Origin: an uncultured Gammaproteobacteria bacterium
GTDB taxonomy: Bacteria; Patescibacteriota; Patescibacteriia; XYB2-FULL-38-15
DNA: 64,000 nucleotides
Assembly: GCA_965231095.1 (NCBI GenBank)
Contig: OZ246416.1
Location: 185,228-249,227, forward strand
Direction of reading: 5' to 3'
Part shown: piece by piece, positions 1 to 9,031 of the stretch
How the letters are laid out: every line of letters begins with the position of its first letter
Numbering within the stretch: position 1 is the stretch's first letter
Program-made: the position numbers and the translations under genes
The notes under the pieces: model-generated
What the model was told of the DNA's origin: nothing
What the model saw: the letters and a program-made list of their open reading frames with translations, nothing else
The model's database searches: none

Positions 1-388
1 ATTGAGGTTAAAAATCACCGGATCGTTAACTGGTGGAAGGTTTCCTCCCGAACTGCACGAGGTTTTTGGCGTAAAGCGCGAGGAAGCGTGGATCATTTGA
101 CTTCGTAAAAACCTTGGTCAATGTTGTGTTGTGGATGGATGAACGGCCTTTAGAAAATCCTTAGAAAATGTTTAGGAAATCCTATTGCCCCATCAGCGAA
201 AATTATTATGCAATGCCAAGCTGCCCGTAATCTGACTACATTTCTAAATACGCAGATTAGCGGAGAACTTTGGCAGAGCGTAAACCATCCAAGGAAACGG
301 TTCTTGCCCGGTCTTGCATGATTGGACTGCAAGACGGTAAGGGAGGTCGACTGGAGCCGAGGTGAATTAGAAACGCATAAAGAAATTT

Positions 389-1210
389 ATGGCTAAAAAA
401 CAATTCGTCATCGGAGCAGGCGCACTAGCAATTGTCTTCGGCCTCGCTCTCGGCGTAACGAGTGGCTTTACGTTCAGTCAAGGTTCCCCGGTATCGGCGC
501 AAGTCCAACCGGATAATTCTTCTGTACCAGGTCCTCACACTAACGCCGCGATCGAGTCCATCAGAGCAGAGCTGGATAGCGTCACTCAATACGAATCGGC
601 ATATGGCTGCTTGACCTTCGGTCGAGGCGGCCAGTCTGAATTCTGCGGAGCGTCAAAAGAGCGCGTAGGGACACTGGAGAACAAGCTTACTGAAGAAGTT
701 CACAAGCTAGAACTCTCGGATCGTTCATCCGAAGCGCTCGCCCAAGTAAAGAGCAACATCGAATCTCTCGCTGAGAGGAAAGCCGATGTTACCTTCGAGG
801 GTACCTCCGCGAATCCTTACACCAATGCCGTCAAACGTATTGAGCAGTGGCAGGATGACAAAGGGTTCTTGTACATCGTCAACCCAACGAACAACGCTGT
901 TGTTCAATTCGGGCCTGGCCCTGGTAGCAAGATTTCCTTCGAACGCGACGGAAGCAAGAGCCTTCCCCAGTCAGAGCTTAAAGCGATGGCAGAGGAATAT
1001 CTCTCGAAGCACGTTGCAGACTTCGACTCAGTCAAAGCTAACTTTAGCTTCCGACAGATGTCAAAGCCTGGCAGCGTCAGTTACGCTTTCCGCTGGGAGG
1101 CTAAGTCCAAACCTCAAGGTGAGGACGTGACTCCGTTCGTTCAAATCGTCCTGTCGCCGGTGGGTGAGGTCATGAGCTTCAACGACGTGCGTAGCCTATA
1201 TTCTAACTAA
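389..1210 (+). CDS. Secreted/membrane-anchored hypothetical protein, paralog of 1917..2810
   Basis: N-terminal hydrophobic signal; shares the YE..GC...RG.Q..FCG.SK motif and a C-terminal P...I..S..G.....N motif with 1917..2810. Confidence 0.75.
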   Translation: MAKKQFVIGAGALAIVFGLALGVTSGFTFSQGSPVSAQVQPDNSSVPGPHTNAAIESIRAELDSVTQYESAYGCLTFGRGGQSEFCGASKERVGTLENKLTEEVHKLELSDRSSEALAQVKSNIESLAERKADVTFEGTSANPYTNAVKRIEQWQDDKGFLYIVNPTNNAVVQFGPGPGSKISFERDGSKSLPQSELKAMAEEYLSKHVADFDSVKANFSFRQMSKPGSVSYAFRWEAKSKPQGEDVTPFVQIVLSPVGEVMSFNDVRSLYSN

Positions 1211-1216
1211 CACACT

Positions 1217-1756
1217 ATGAAGAAAACACTCTCACGAGTCGCGCCTTTCCTCATGGCTGTTGTCATGTTGGGATCGTTCGCAGGCGTCGCGTCGGCTCAG
1301 ACTTACATTCACGCTAACGGTGGTTCGTATTGGTCACAAAGTGGCTCTGGCTGGAACTCGATCAGTAATGACGGGTACTGTGTCAGTGGCCGCGGGCCGT
1401 GCGGGTCGAGCCTCTGGTATCTGCAGTGGAATTACAACACGAGCGGATGCGGGGCGGATGCGAATTCGACCTACACAATGGCATCGGTAGTCGGCTACAA
1501 TGGCGACACCTATGCTTGGATCGATAGCTCAACTGGAAACATGTACGGAGCAGATTATCTCGTCACGTACAATTACGCCAGCAGCTACGCCTCCACCGTT
1601 GACCAAAGTGCGTACTACGAAGCATGGGCAACCATCGCACTCGACAAGTACCGCACCTCGAACGTCCAGCACAGTGACGGCTGGGGTGCCGCATATGCCT
1701 GCAACGGCGTGAGCGGTCTTCAAGTCGAATTCGACGAGGTCAAATTGGAAATCTAG
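1217..1756 (+). CDS. Secreted Cys-containing protein, possibly golvesin-like beta-sandwich
   Basis: Signal peptide ending ASA; rich in Gly/Ser/Tyr/Trp; VDQ...W...SD...VEFDEVKL resembles golvesin C-terminal-like domains. Confidence 0.6.
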   Translation: MKKTLSRVAPFLMAVVMLGSFAGVASAQTYIHANGGSYWSQSGSGWNSISNDGYCVSGRGPCGSSLWYLQWNYNTSGCGADANSTYTMASVVGYNGDTYAWIDSSTGNMYGADYLVTYNYASSYASTVDQSAYYEAWATIALDKYRTSNVQHSDGWGAAYACNGVSGLQVEFDEVKLEI

Positions 1757-1800
1757 CTAGGCGTCCTGACCGATAGTCAGATCGGCATTTGGAAGCATAG

Positions 1801-1837
1801 CTAAAAGGGGCTCCCGCCAATCCGGGGGCCTCTTTAG
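1801..1837 (+). terminator. Probable intrinsic terminator hairpin
   Basis: ctaaaaggggctcccg...cgggggcctctttag inverted repeat after 1756. Confidence 0.55.
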
Positions 1838-1884
1838 TTATCCACTAGTCAAAACATGACAAAACAGGACAGATAGGGTATACT
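1838..1884 (+). promoter_or_regulatory. Promoter with DnaA-box-like site and tandem TGACA-like repeats
   Basis: TTATCCAC 1838, ATGACA 1856, AGGACA 1866, TATACT 1879; same layout as 39244 and 39483. Confidence 0.55.
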
Positions 1885-1916
1885 GAAAATAAGCCGAAAT
1901 AAAAGGCCAAACTAAT

Positions 1917-2810
1917 ATGCTATTTACCCCGAAACCACAACACGCAAAAATCCTTTTAGGAATCTTTGGCATTGCAGCAGTAGCTGGCATTGCCATTTTT
2001 ATTAATACGAAGACAGGAAGCAATACTCAAACCCCTTTGTCTGACAAAAGTCCGAGCATTGAAGAACTGCAACAGGAAATGTCTCGGATTGCCCAGTACG
2101 AATTTGAACATGGATGCGTTGAAAAGAACGAGCGTGGCCAGGATATTTTCTGCGGCGAATCAAAACAAAAGGTGGATGCTGCCGAGGCCAGATATAACGC
2201 AGTGGTAAAAGCATCAACAATGCCAGAGAGTGCAACCGTACAGGCTGACACTGAAGCGATCAAGAAATTTATGGGCGACGCTACTTACCAAGTGGAATAT
2301 TCCCGCAGCCAATCTCCTGCAAACTTTAGTGTGGGAGTGCTGACAAAACTTTCGGATCAGGGCGATGAGCGTATCGATACGCCTCAAGCGTGGAAGCGGA
2401 CAGTAAATATTTACAGAGCAACCCAAGAAATTGAAGGAACCTGCCAGGTTTACGAATACGAGGTCTACCCAAAAACCCATGATCTGATAGAAGTGCGCGT
2501 AGTCTACCCAGACAACTACCAAGGCAAATGCACGAAAGGTGATCTGTTCTCACCCAAGACTTCGGAAGCGAAAATAAAAGAGGTCGGTCAAGCCTACCTT
2601 AAAAATCTTGGGCTTACGCAGTCGTTTACCGTCACTCCCGTTGATGACATGAGTCGATGGCAATGGAAGTGGCAAGATGCGGATTATAAGCTTCCGGAGG
2701 GAATCGTTGGCAGGTCGGCCGTCGATTCAAAACCAACCATTAGAATATTTATTTCAAGCTCCGGAAAATTACTTCAGTACAACAACACCGTCGCATTATT
2801 TGAGAATTAA
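1917..2810 (+). CDS. Membrane-anchored hypothetical protein, paralog of 389..1210
   Basis: N-terminal TM; YEFEHGCVEKNERGQDIFCGESKQKV versus YESAYGCLTFGRGGQSEFCGASKERV. Confidence 0.75.
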   Translation: MLFTPKPQHAKILLGIFGIAAVAGIAIFINTKTGSNTQTPLSDKSPSIEELQQEMSRIAQYEFEHGCVEKNERGQDIFCGESKQKVDAAEARYNAVVKASTMPESATVQADTEAIKKFMGDATYQVEYSRSQSPANFSVGVLTKLSDQGDERIDTPQAWKRTVNIYRATQEIEGTCQVYEYEVYPKTHDLIEVRVVYPDNYQGKCTKGDLFSPKTSEAKIKEVGQAYLKNLGLTQSFTVTPVDDMSRWQWKWQDADYKLPEGIVGRSAVDSKPTIRIFISSSGKLLQYNNTVALFEN

Positions 2811-2811
2811 T

Positions 2812-2994
2812 ATGAATAAAAAAAATCCTAAAGATTATCTCACCGCCAAAGAAGCCGCAGATGTCCTCCATGTGAGTGAGCGGACAATTATGCGATACAT
2901 TAAAACCAAACGATTGCTCGCCACTAAGATAGGTCAATGGCGAATTAAAAAGGCGGATATTGACCGTCTAGTGAGAGCGAGCAGTAATAAATAA
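2812..2994 (+). CDS. Excisionase-family (HTH_17) DNA-binding protein
   Basis: YLTAKEAADVLHVSERTIMRYIK...KIGQWRI pattern; ATG at 2812 just after the upstream stop. Confidence 0.85.
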   Translation: MNKKNPKDYLTAKEAADVLHVSERTIMRYIKTKRLLATKIGQWRIKKADIDRLVRASSNK

Positions 2995-2998
2995 TTTT

Positions 2999-4069
2999 AT
3001 GATAGATCAATTTTTACCCAGCAGCATACCACCTTCCAAATTCAATTTTTTGAAGACGCGATTTGCTATGGTATTGATGGCAGCCATAGTGATATTGGGA
3101 GTCGGAGGTGCGGTGGCTTATAAGTTAACTTTTGCAGCACCCGAACGACAGGCAGAGCTTGTACAATTTACAATTCCCCTCGGCCAGAGCGATAAAACGG
3201 GAGAGGAACTTAAAGAAAAAGGCTTCGTCAGAAGTGGCTGGGCCTTCAAATTTGCTATGGGAGACGCAGAGGTTGAGCCAGGAGCCTACAAGATATCCAA
3301 GTCAATGAACGCTTTTGAGATCGCGCGTGTTTTCAAGAAAGGGTCGTACATGGAATGGGTGGTCATACCCGAAGGTCTACGAAAAGAGCAGATTGGAGAA
3401 TTGCTCGCAGAAAAACTTGGATGGAGTGATGAAGTGAAAGCAAAATGGATCACGACGTATACCTCAATGAACTATGACGAAATCGAAGGTCTATATTTCC
3501 CCGACACTTACCTGATCCCGGTCGACGAAGAACCGCTGAAGGTGGCCGATAGATTGCGCGCAAAATTTAATGAGAAGCTTCAGCCTTACACTCAGGAGGC
3601 TCTCAAACAGAACATCAAATGGACGACGGCACTTAAGCTTGCTTCAATCATACAAAGAGAAGCGGCCGGCAAAGATGACATGCCACTTATCGCAGGCATC
3701 CTGTGGAATCGTCTGCTCAAAGACATGAAGCTAGAAGTCGATGCCACCGTGCAATATATTCGAGATGATCAGATTCACTACGGTGAAGCACGATATGACA
3801 AGCAGCCAGGCAGCTACGACAGCGAAGGCACCTGGTGGACGCCGATCAAACCAGAAGACAAGGATATTCCCTCGCCTTATAACACCTACCGAAACAAAGG
3901 TCTGCCTCCTCACCCGATCGACAACCCCGGCATCGACGCAATCAAAGCGGTGCTTTATCCGGAGGAAACGGAATGCATGTTCTATCTCCACGACAAATCA
4001 AAAACCATCCATTGCGCTAAAACCTTCGAGGAACATAAAGCTAATATTGCAACCTATCTAAGTGATTAA
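2999..4069 (+). CDS. mltG: Endolytic transglycosylase MltG (YceG family)
   Basis: N-terminal TM; IPEG, EGLYFPDTY, LASIIQRE, SPYNTY..GLPP.PI.NPG motifs. Confidence 0.92.
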   Translation: MIDQFLPSSIPPSKFNFLKTRFAMVLMAAIVILGVGGAVAYKLTFAAPERQAELVQFTIPLGQSDKTGEELKEKGFVRSGWAFKFAMGDAEVEPGAYKISKSMNAFEIARVFKKGSYMEWVVIPEGLRKEQIGELLAEKLGWSDEVKAKWITTYTSMNYDEIEGLYFPDTYLIPVDEEPLKVADRLRAKFNEKLQPYTQEALKQNIKWTTALKLASIIQREAAGKDDMPLIAGILWNRLLKDMKLEVDATVQYIRDDQIHYGEARYDKQPGSYDSEGTWWTPIKPEDKDIPSPYNTYRNKGLPPHPIDNPGIDAIKAVLYPEETECMFYLHDKSKTIHCAKTFEEHKANIATYLSD

Positions 4070-4071
4070 TT

Positions 4072-4737
4072 ATGAATCTTCTCATTGTCGAAAATGACAA
4101 AGAAACCCTTAATTTCTTAAAGCCTTCTCTGAAGGCCGAAGGGTTTGTCGTCGACACAGCAGAAGATGGAGAGGCCGGATCTTATAAAGCTCAAATAAAC
4201 GATTACGATCTTATCATTTTAGATATTGGGTTGCCACGAAAAGATGGACGACAAGTTTGCTCTGAGATTCGATCAGCAGGCAAGAACATGCCGATACTTA
4301 TACTCTCGATAAAGGGTGAGATTGAGACAAAGGTAGATCTTCTAAGTATCGGGGCAGATGATTATATTACGAAGCCGTACTCATATGCGGAGCTGGCGGC
4401 AAGAGTGAAGGCATTAATACGTCGGCCGCAGAAAGTGGAAGATCAGATTTTTAGCGTGGGTGACATAGAACTCAATCTGCCCAAACGATCTGTTTATCGA
4501 GCTGGCAAAAAAGTTCACCTGGCCCCAAAAGAATTTTTCCTTTTAGAATTTTTGCTACGCAATCGAGGGCGGGTTCTCACACGGCAGACGATCCTGGAAC
4601 ATGTTTGGGACATGAATGCCGACTTGTTTACTAATACGGTTGAGACGCACGTCACGATCCTTCGGCGAAAACTGAAAGGCAGGAACAAAGGCGATTTTAT
4701 TAGGACAGTTTCCGGTACTGGATATGTAATTGACTGA
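4072..4737 (+). CDS. OmpR/PhoB-family response regulator
   Basis: Receiver LIILDIGLP, GADDYITKP; winged helix KEF.LL, NTVETHV..LRRK, IRTV.G.GY. Confidence 0.93.
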   Translation: MNLLIVENDKETLNFLKPSLKAEGFVVDTAEDGEAGSYKAQINDYDLIILDIGLPRKDGRQVCSEIRSAGKNMPILILSIKGEIETKVDLLSIGADDYITKPYSYAELAARVKALIRRPQKVEDQIFSVGDIELNLPKRSVYRAGKKVHLAPKEFFLLEFLLRNRGRVLTRQTILEHVWDMNADLFTNTVETHVTILRRKLKGRNKGDFIRTVSGTGYVID

Positions 4738-4765
4738 ATTATGGCTTAAAATATTTAAAAATATC

Positions 4766-4774
4766 TGTTATAAT
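4766..4774 (+). promoter_or_regulatory. Extended -10 promoter for the peptide gene
   Basis: TGtTATAAT about 60 nt upstream of ATG 4831. Confidence 0.55.
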
Positions 4775-4830
4775 TAATCCGTAGATTCTGTGGTCGAAGA
4801 ATCTGTAACTTATAAAAAACCATAAAAACT

Positions 4831-4944
4831 ATGAGCAAACTCATTAAGGAAATTTTGACCAACAAAGCAGTTCGCAACAGTGGCGCTTTGATGTCGCTTA
4901 TTGTGACCATCATGAGTGTTGGAGTACCTTGGGCTGATAAATAA
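4831..4944 (+). CDS. 37-aa candidate ComX-like pheromone precursor, MSKLIKEILTNKAVRNSGALMSLIVTIMSVGVPWADK
   Basis: Hand-translated ORF below the track cut-off; A-rich leader and own promoter; single Trp fourth from the C-terminus; sits between RR and HK, upstream of a ComQ-like enzyme. Confidence 0.7.
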   Translation: MSKLIKEILTNKAVRNSGALMSLIVTIMSVGVPWADK

Positions 4945-4995
4945 AATTGCCGCCGAATCGGTACAATTGCGCTCCATGTTAGTGGCCTTAATCCT

Positions 4996-6411
4996 ATGAA
5001 AAGGATCAGTGCTTTTTTATATCAGTTGATCGAACCGCGGTCCCAAACGGACGATCTGCGACGGCGCGAGTTTGTTTTCAATATAATCCTTTCTGCGCTG
5101 ATTGTCCTTTTAATCTTCGCAAATATAGTTACAGTTTCGGAATCCATCCTTCTTGGTTCAACGTATAGAGGGTTATCGCCGCTAATAACAATAATTGTTT
5201 TATCCCTTTTCCTCTTTTTCTTTTATCTATCGCGGAGAGGCTATTTCTATTTAGCGTCCTATTTTTTAATTGGAATAATATTTAGCTTAGCTGCTTACAT
5301 GAGCTTAAAATGGGGCGTTGATTTAGTGGCGTCTCTTCTTTTTTATGCTTTGGCGATTGTCATGGCAGGTATATTACTAAACAAGAGACATATTTTTATT
5401 ACATCATTTGCTGTTGGATGCATGTTAGTGACCGTTGGATATTTTCAAGCGACAAATAAAATTTCACCTAATAGATACTGGACTTCAGAGATGTGGGGTA
5501 TAGCAGAAACTTCTGTCGCTGTAATAATTTTCATGGTCATAGCGACGATTACGTGGCTTTACAATCGGGAGATAGAAAAATCAATCTTAAAACTTAGAAA
5601 ATCGGAAGTAGAATTGAAAGAAGAACGTGACTCTTTGGAGATCAAGGTAGAGCAGAGGACAAAAGAATTAAAAGAAGTTCAGGCGGAAAAGATGACCCAG
5701 TTATATCGATTCGCTGAATTTGGAAGAATTTCCTCCGGACTTTTTCACGACCTTATTAACCCATTGAACGCGGTATCGCTTAACTTGGGAAAGACTGGTG
5801 GCACGCCAGAGGAAACCAAGCAGTATGTAGGTAACGCAGTACGAGCCGCAAAGAAATTGGAGGATTTGGTAGTCGCGGTACGCAAGCAATTAGCGAGAGA
5901 AGAAACGAAAACTTTATTCTTGGCCGATGAGGAGATTGGGCATGTCATCGAGGTTCTTTCCCATAAGGCACAACAGGCCAAGGTTGAACTGAAGTTTATA
6001 CCAGGAAGCGATATCAAAATGTTTGGCGATGCGATAAAATTTAATCAGGTGGTGCTCAATCTTGTTGCCAATGGTATTGATGCTTGCATGCCGCCTACAG
6101 CGGAGCTCGTGCCAATAAGCCCCGGCGATCGATGGGTAGAGATATCTGTCATAGAGGAACCAGAAACCATAATCATGCTCGTGGAAGATAACGGTGTTGG
6201 AATACCAGAACAGCACATGGATAAGATCTTCGAGCCATTTTTTACTACGAAAATAAACGGGCAAGGAATTGGCATCGGACTTTCAATGGCCAAGCGAATC
6301 GTAGAAAAAGACTTTGGAGGTTTGCTCAGTGCTAAGAGTGAAGCAGGTAGAGGATCATCCTTTAAAGTATCTCTGCCCGTGCGTAAACAGGCTACCGAAT
6401 ATGCAGCATAA
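4996..6411 (+). CDS. Membrane sensor histidine kinase (about 6 TM, HisKA + HATPase_c)
   Basis: H-box LFHDLINPL, N-box QVVLNLVANG, DNGVGI, IFEPFFTTK, GIGIGLS. Confidence 0.93.
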   Translation: MKRISAFLYQLIEPRSQTDDLRRREFVFNIILSALIVLLIFANIVTVSESILLGSTYRGLSPLITIIVLSLFLFFFYLSRRGYFYLASYFLIGIIFSLAAYMSLKWGVDLVASLLFYALAIVMAGILLNKRHIFITSFAVGCMLVTVGYFQATNKISPNRYWTSEMWGIAETSVAVIIFMVIATITWLYNREIEKSILKLRKSEVELKEERDSLEIKVEQRTKELKEVQAEKMTQLYRFAEFGRISSGLFHDLINPLNAVSLNLGKTGGTPEETKQYVGNAVRAAKKLEDLVVAVRKQLAREETKTLFLADEEIGHVIEVLSHKAQQAKVELKFIPGSDIKMFGDAIKFNQVVLNLVANGIDACMPPTAELVPISPGDRWVEISVIEEPETIIMLVEDNGVGIPEQHMDKIFEPFFTTKINGQGIGIGLSMAKRIVEKDFGGLLSAKSEAGRGSSFKVSLPVRKQATEYAA

Positions 6412-7768
6412 TCAATTTATCGATAACTTACTTTCAATTGTTGAATCCGGCGAGAGCGTCGGAGGTATAAAGCTGGCGCAGATTGTAAAACACCTCACTG
6501 AGATGGAAGTGGACGAAGGGGGCCCGTATTCCTTGGAACCTAAACAAGGAGCAACTGACGTCGGTCTTAATCTAGCCATCGCTTGTTTTCTGGCGATGCA
6601 GGATATTCGCTTGCCTAAGCTCGATGACTTTTTAGAAAAGCACCTTTCAAATATCGCGGGACCATTCGGCAGCGTCATTGAAGACAAAAAAGTTTGCAAT
6701 CTCATTAATAAATATCAAACACTGATCGGCAATGTGGACAAAGAGGAGCCGGTCAAACAACCGATCGTCTACAACGAGAATGAGCAGCGCATCATGGATA
6801 TGATACGAAAAAAATTTGACGATCGGTTCTCAAACTTTTCTCCGGTACTGCGAGAACGAGCCAAGTCAGCGATTGAAAAGACCATCCGCGGCAACCGGGA
6901 TAAGCAGATGTCACTCATGGCTTATTACACGAAGGTCTCCCTCGGAAAGAGCGGGGAGAGTATTCCCGATGAATTGGTCGCCGACATCGGACTTGCCAAC
7001 ATTTTCTTTTGGACGGCATTTATAATCTATGACGACTTTTGGGATCGAGACGAAGCGGCCGATCCGCGTCTGCTTCCTATCGCTAATATTTTTGCTCGCC
7101 ACTACATAGACTTTTTTATTGCCTTACCCGATGACAAAGAATTCCGCCCGTTCTTCCATGACCTAATGGATAAGCTGGACGGTTCAAACGCCTGGGAAGT
7201 TGAAAACTGTCGTGCCAAAGTCGAGGGAAGCATTTTCCATATTCCAGCAACCCTGCCCGACTTTGGAGACTATGAAAATAAATATCGCCCTGCATCCGGA
7301 CACATCCTTTCCTCGGTTGCTATACTCACGCAATTTGGCAAAGAATTAAAAACTGAAGACTGGGGGAATATCATCTCGTACTTCAAACACTATCTGGTCG
7401 CTATGCAATTGAATGACGACGCTCATGACTGGGAAGAAGATCTGCAGCGCGGGCATTTGAGTACCGTGGTCACGCTTCTTCTCGGTGATCTAAAAAAGAA
7501 CGGGTGGAAAAAACAGACTATCGATCTCAGCACCGATCTACCGGAGATCAGAAAAATATTCTGGTTCACTACTATGCCCCAATACGTGAAAATTGTCCTA
7601 GCCCAAACCGGCACATCACGAAAGGCGCTTCGTTCAATCTCTATAATCGAGGAACCCGATCTCCTTGAGCGCATTATTACAACGACCGAGAACGTGGCCC
7701 GGCAAGCGGAGAGGGAGAGTATTGATTCCAGTGCCCTACTCAAGGAATATACCAATACCCAAGAATAG
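6401..7768 (+). CDS. Class I isoprenyl-diphosphate-synthase-fold prenyltransferase (ComQ-like)
   Basis: First Asp-rich motif IIYDDFWD and second motif QLNDDAHDWEED; likely start MQHNQF overlaps the HK stop. Confidence 0.72.
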   Translation: MQHNQFIDNLLSIVESGESVGGIKLAQIVKHLTEMEVDEGGPYSLEPKQGATDVGLNLAIACFLAMQDIRLPKLDDFLEKHLSNIAGPFGSVIEDKKVCNLINKYQTLIGNVDKEEPVKQPIVYNENEQRIMDMIRKKFDDRFSNFSPVLRERAKSAIEKTIRGNRDKQMSLMAYYTKVSLGKSGESIPDELVADIGLANIFFWTAFIIYDDFWDRDEAADPRLLPIANIFARHYIDFFIALPDDKEFRPFFHDLMDKLDGSNAWEVENCRAKVEGSIFHIPATLPDFGDYENKYRPASGHILSSVAILTQFGKELKTEDWGNIISYFKHYLVAMQLNDDAHDWEEDLQRGHLSTVVTLLLGDLKKNGWKKQTIDLSTDLPEIRKIFWFTTMPQYVKIVLAQTGTSRKALRSISIIEEPDLLERIITTTENVARQAERESIDSSALLKEYTNTQE

Positions 7769-7777
7769 CCGTAGCGA

Positions 7778-7809
7778 CTAAAAAGGGCTTTAAGGCCCCT
7801 TTTTATTAG
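7778..7809 (+). terminator. Intrinsic terminator closing the signalling cassette
   Basis: aaaaagggc-tttaag-gcccctttttatt. Confidence 0.65.
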
Positions 7810-7903
7810 CCTTTGTTTGCCATTATTTGGTCCTGTAGCGAGTTTTTTATGCTTCAGCGAGTATTGGGGAGAGGATTTCCACAGGGGGGGAAACTTGCAC
7901 TTG

Positions 7904-7933
7904 CCGTTATAATCCGTTATAATCCGTCATATA
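7904..7933 (+). repeat. Three 10-bp tandem repeats (CCGTTATAAT x2, CCGTCATATA) in the Fic operon promoter
   Basis: Directly visible; the first two units each contain TATAAT. Confidence 0.7.
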
Positions 7934-7962
7934 GACTATAACGTTAAAAGTTAAGCCATTTT

Positions 7963-9027
7963 ATGAACGACATTACCCGAAAATTTGATCACCGCATAAA
8001 AAATCCTGATCCGCACATCGTGGCTCTTTTGGCTGAGATCGATGGGATTCGCGGCGAGTTCAAGGGGGGCTTGAGAATGACGCCTCAGGCAATTACCAAT
8101 CTCAAGCGATCAACCCTGATCACTTCTGCCGGTGCATCCACACGTATAGAGGGGGCAAAACTAACCGATGAAAAAGTCGAGGACGTTATGCGTGGCCTCG
8201 CGGTCTCAAAGTTTGCTGATCGTGATTCACAGGAAGTGCAAGGATATCTAGAGACACTTCAAAATGTTTTCGACAGCTTCCAGACCCTACCACTTCGAGA
8301 GGGTGTGATCACTTCTCTTCATAATCAGCTTCTGAAATATTCTCATAAGGATGACACGCACCGTGGCGGTTACAAAAAGACAGAGAACACAGTCGGGGTA
8401 CTTGGGCTAGATGGAAAAATTGCAAAGATTATGTTTGAAACGACACCGGCATTCCTTACTGCAAAGGAAATGCAGGAGCTTGTCGAGTGGACGGAAGATG
8501 CGATGGAAAAGAATCGTTTCCATCAGCTTTTAATCATCGCCAATTTTATTGTTGAGTTTTTGAAGATTCACCCATTTGAAGATGGTAATGGACGTCTTTC
8601 GCGCGTCCTCACAAATCTTTTACTTCTGCGCTCCGGCTACACATTTGTGCAGTATGTCTCGCATGAACAAATTGTTGAGCGTCGCAAGGATGAATATTAC
8701 ATTGCGCTCCGCAAGTCGCAGGAGACGTTTAAAACCGATCACGACACCATTTCGCCGTGGCTGAATTTCTTTTTGTCTGTTGTGCAAGAGCAAGCCAAAA
8801 AAGCACTCTCGTATTTACAGGAGGAAAAAATTGAGGACACTCTTTCTCCTAAGCAGTACGAAGTTTGGAAATATATTTCAAACGTTGGGGAGTCGGGGCC
8901 AGGCGATATCGTTAAAGCAACTGGTATAGCGCTCGGCACTGTCCGTCAAGCGCTTAGGAGTTTGGTCGATCTGGGCAAGATTAAGCGTATCGGCCGCGGC
9001 CGCGGTACGAGGTACGTAAAAATATAA
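7963..9027 (+). CDS. Fic-domain protein with C-terminal winged HTH
   Basis: HPFEDGNGRLSR Fic motif; STRIEG; C-terminal L..LV..G.I.R.GRGRGTRY. Confidence 0.92.
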   Translation: MNDITRKFDHRIKNPDPHIVALLAEIDGIRGEFKGGLRMTPQAITNLKRSTLITSAGASTRIEGAKLTDEKVEDVMRGLAVSKFADRDSQEVQGYLETLQNVFDSFQTLPLREGVITSLHNQLLKYSHKDDTHRGGYKKTENTVGVLGLDGKIAKIMFETTPAFLTAKEMQELVEWTEDAMEKNRFHQLLIIANFIVEFLKIHPFEDGNGRLSRVLTNLLLLRSGYTFVQYVSHEQIVERRKDEYYIALRKSQETFKTDHDTISPWLNFFLSVVQEQAKKALSYLQEEKIEDTLSPKQYEVWKYISNVGESGPGDIVKATGIALGTVRQALRSLVDLGKIKRIGRGRGTRYVKI

Positions 9028-9031
9028 TTTT

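Noticed and set aside
1-108. Possible 3' end of an upstream gene
   Set aside because: Two + frames are open for about 100 nt; the frame and product cannot be determined
6314-6400. ORF-track start of the prenyltransferase
   Set aside because: It overlaps the kinase by about 100 nt; ATG 6401 next to the kinase stop is more plausible
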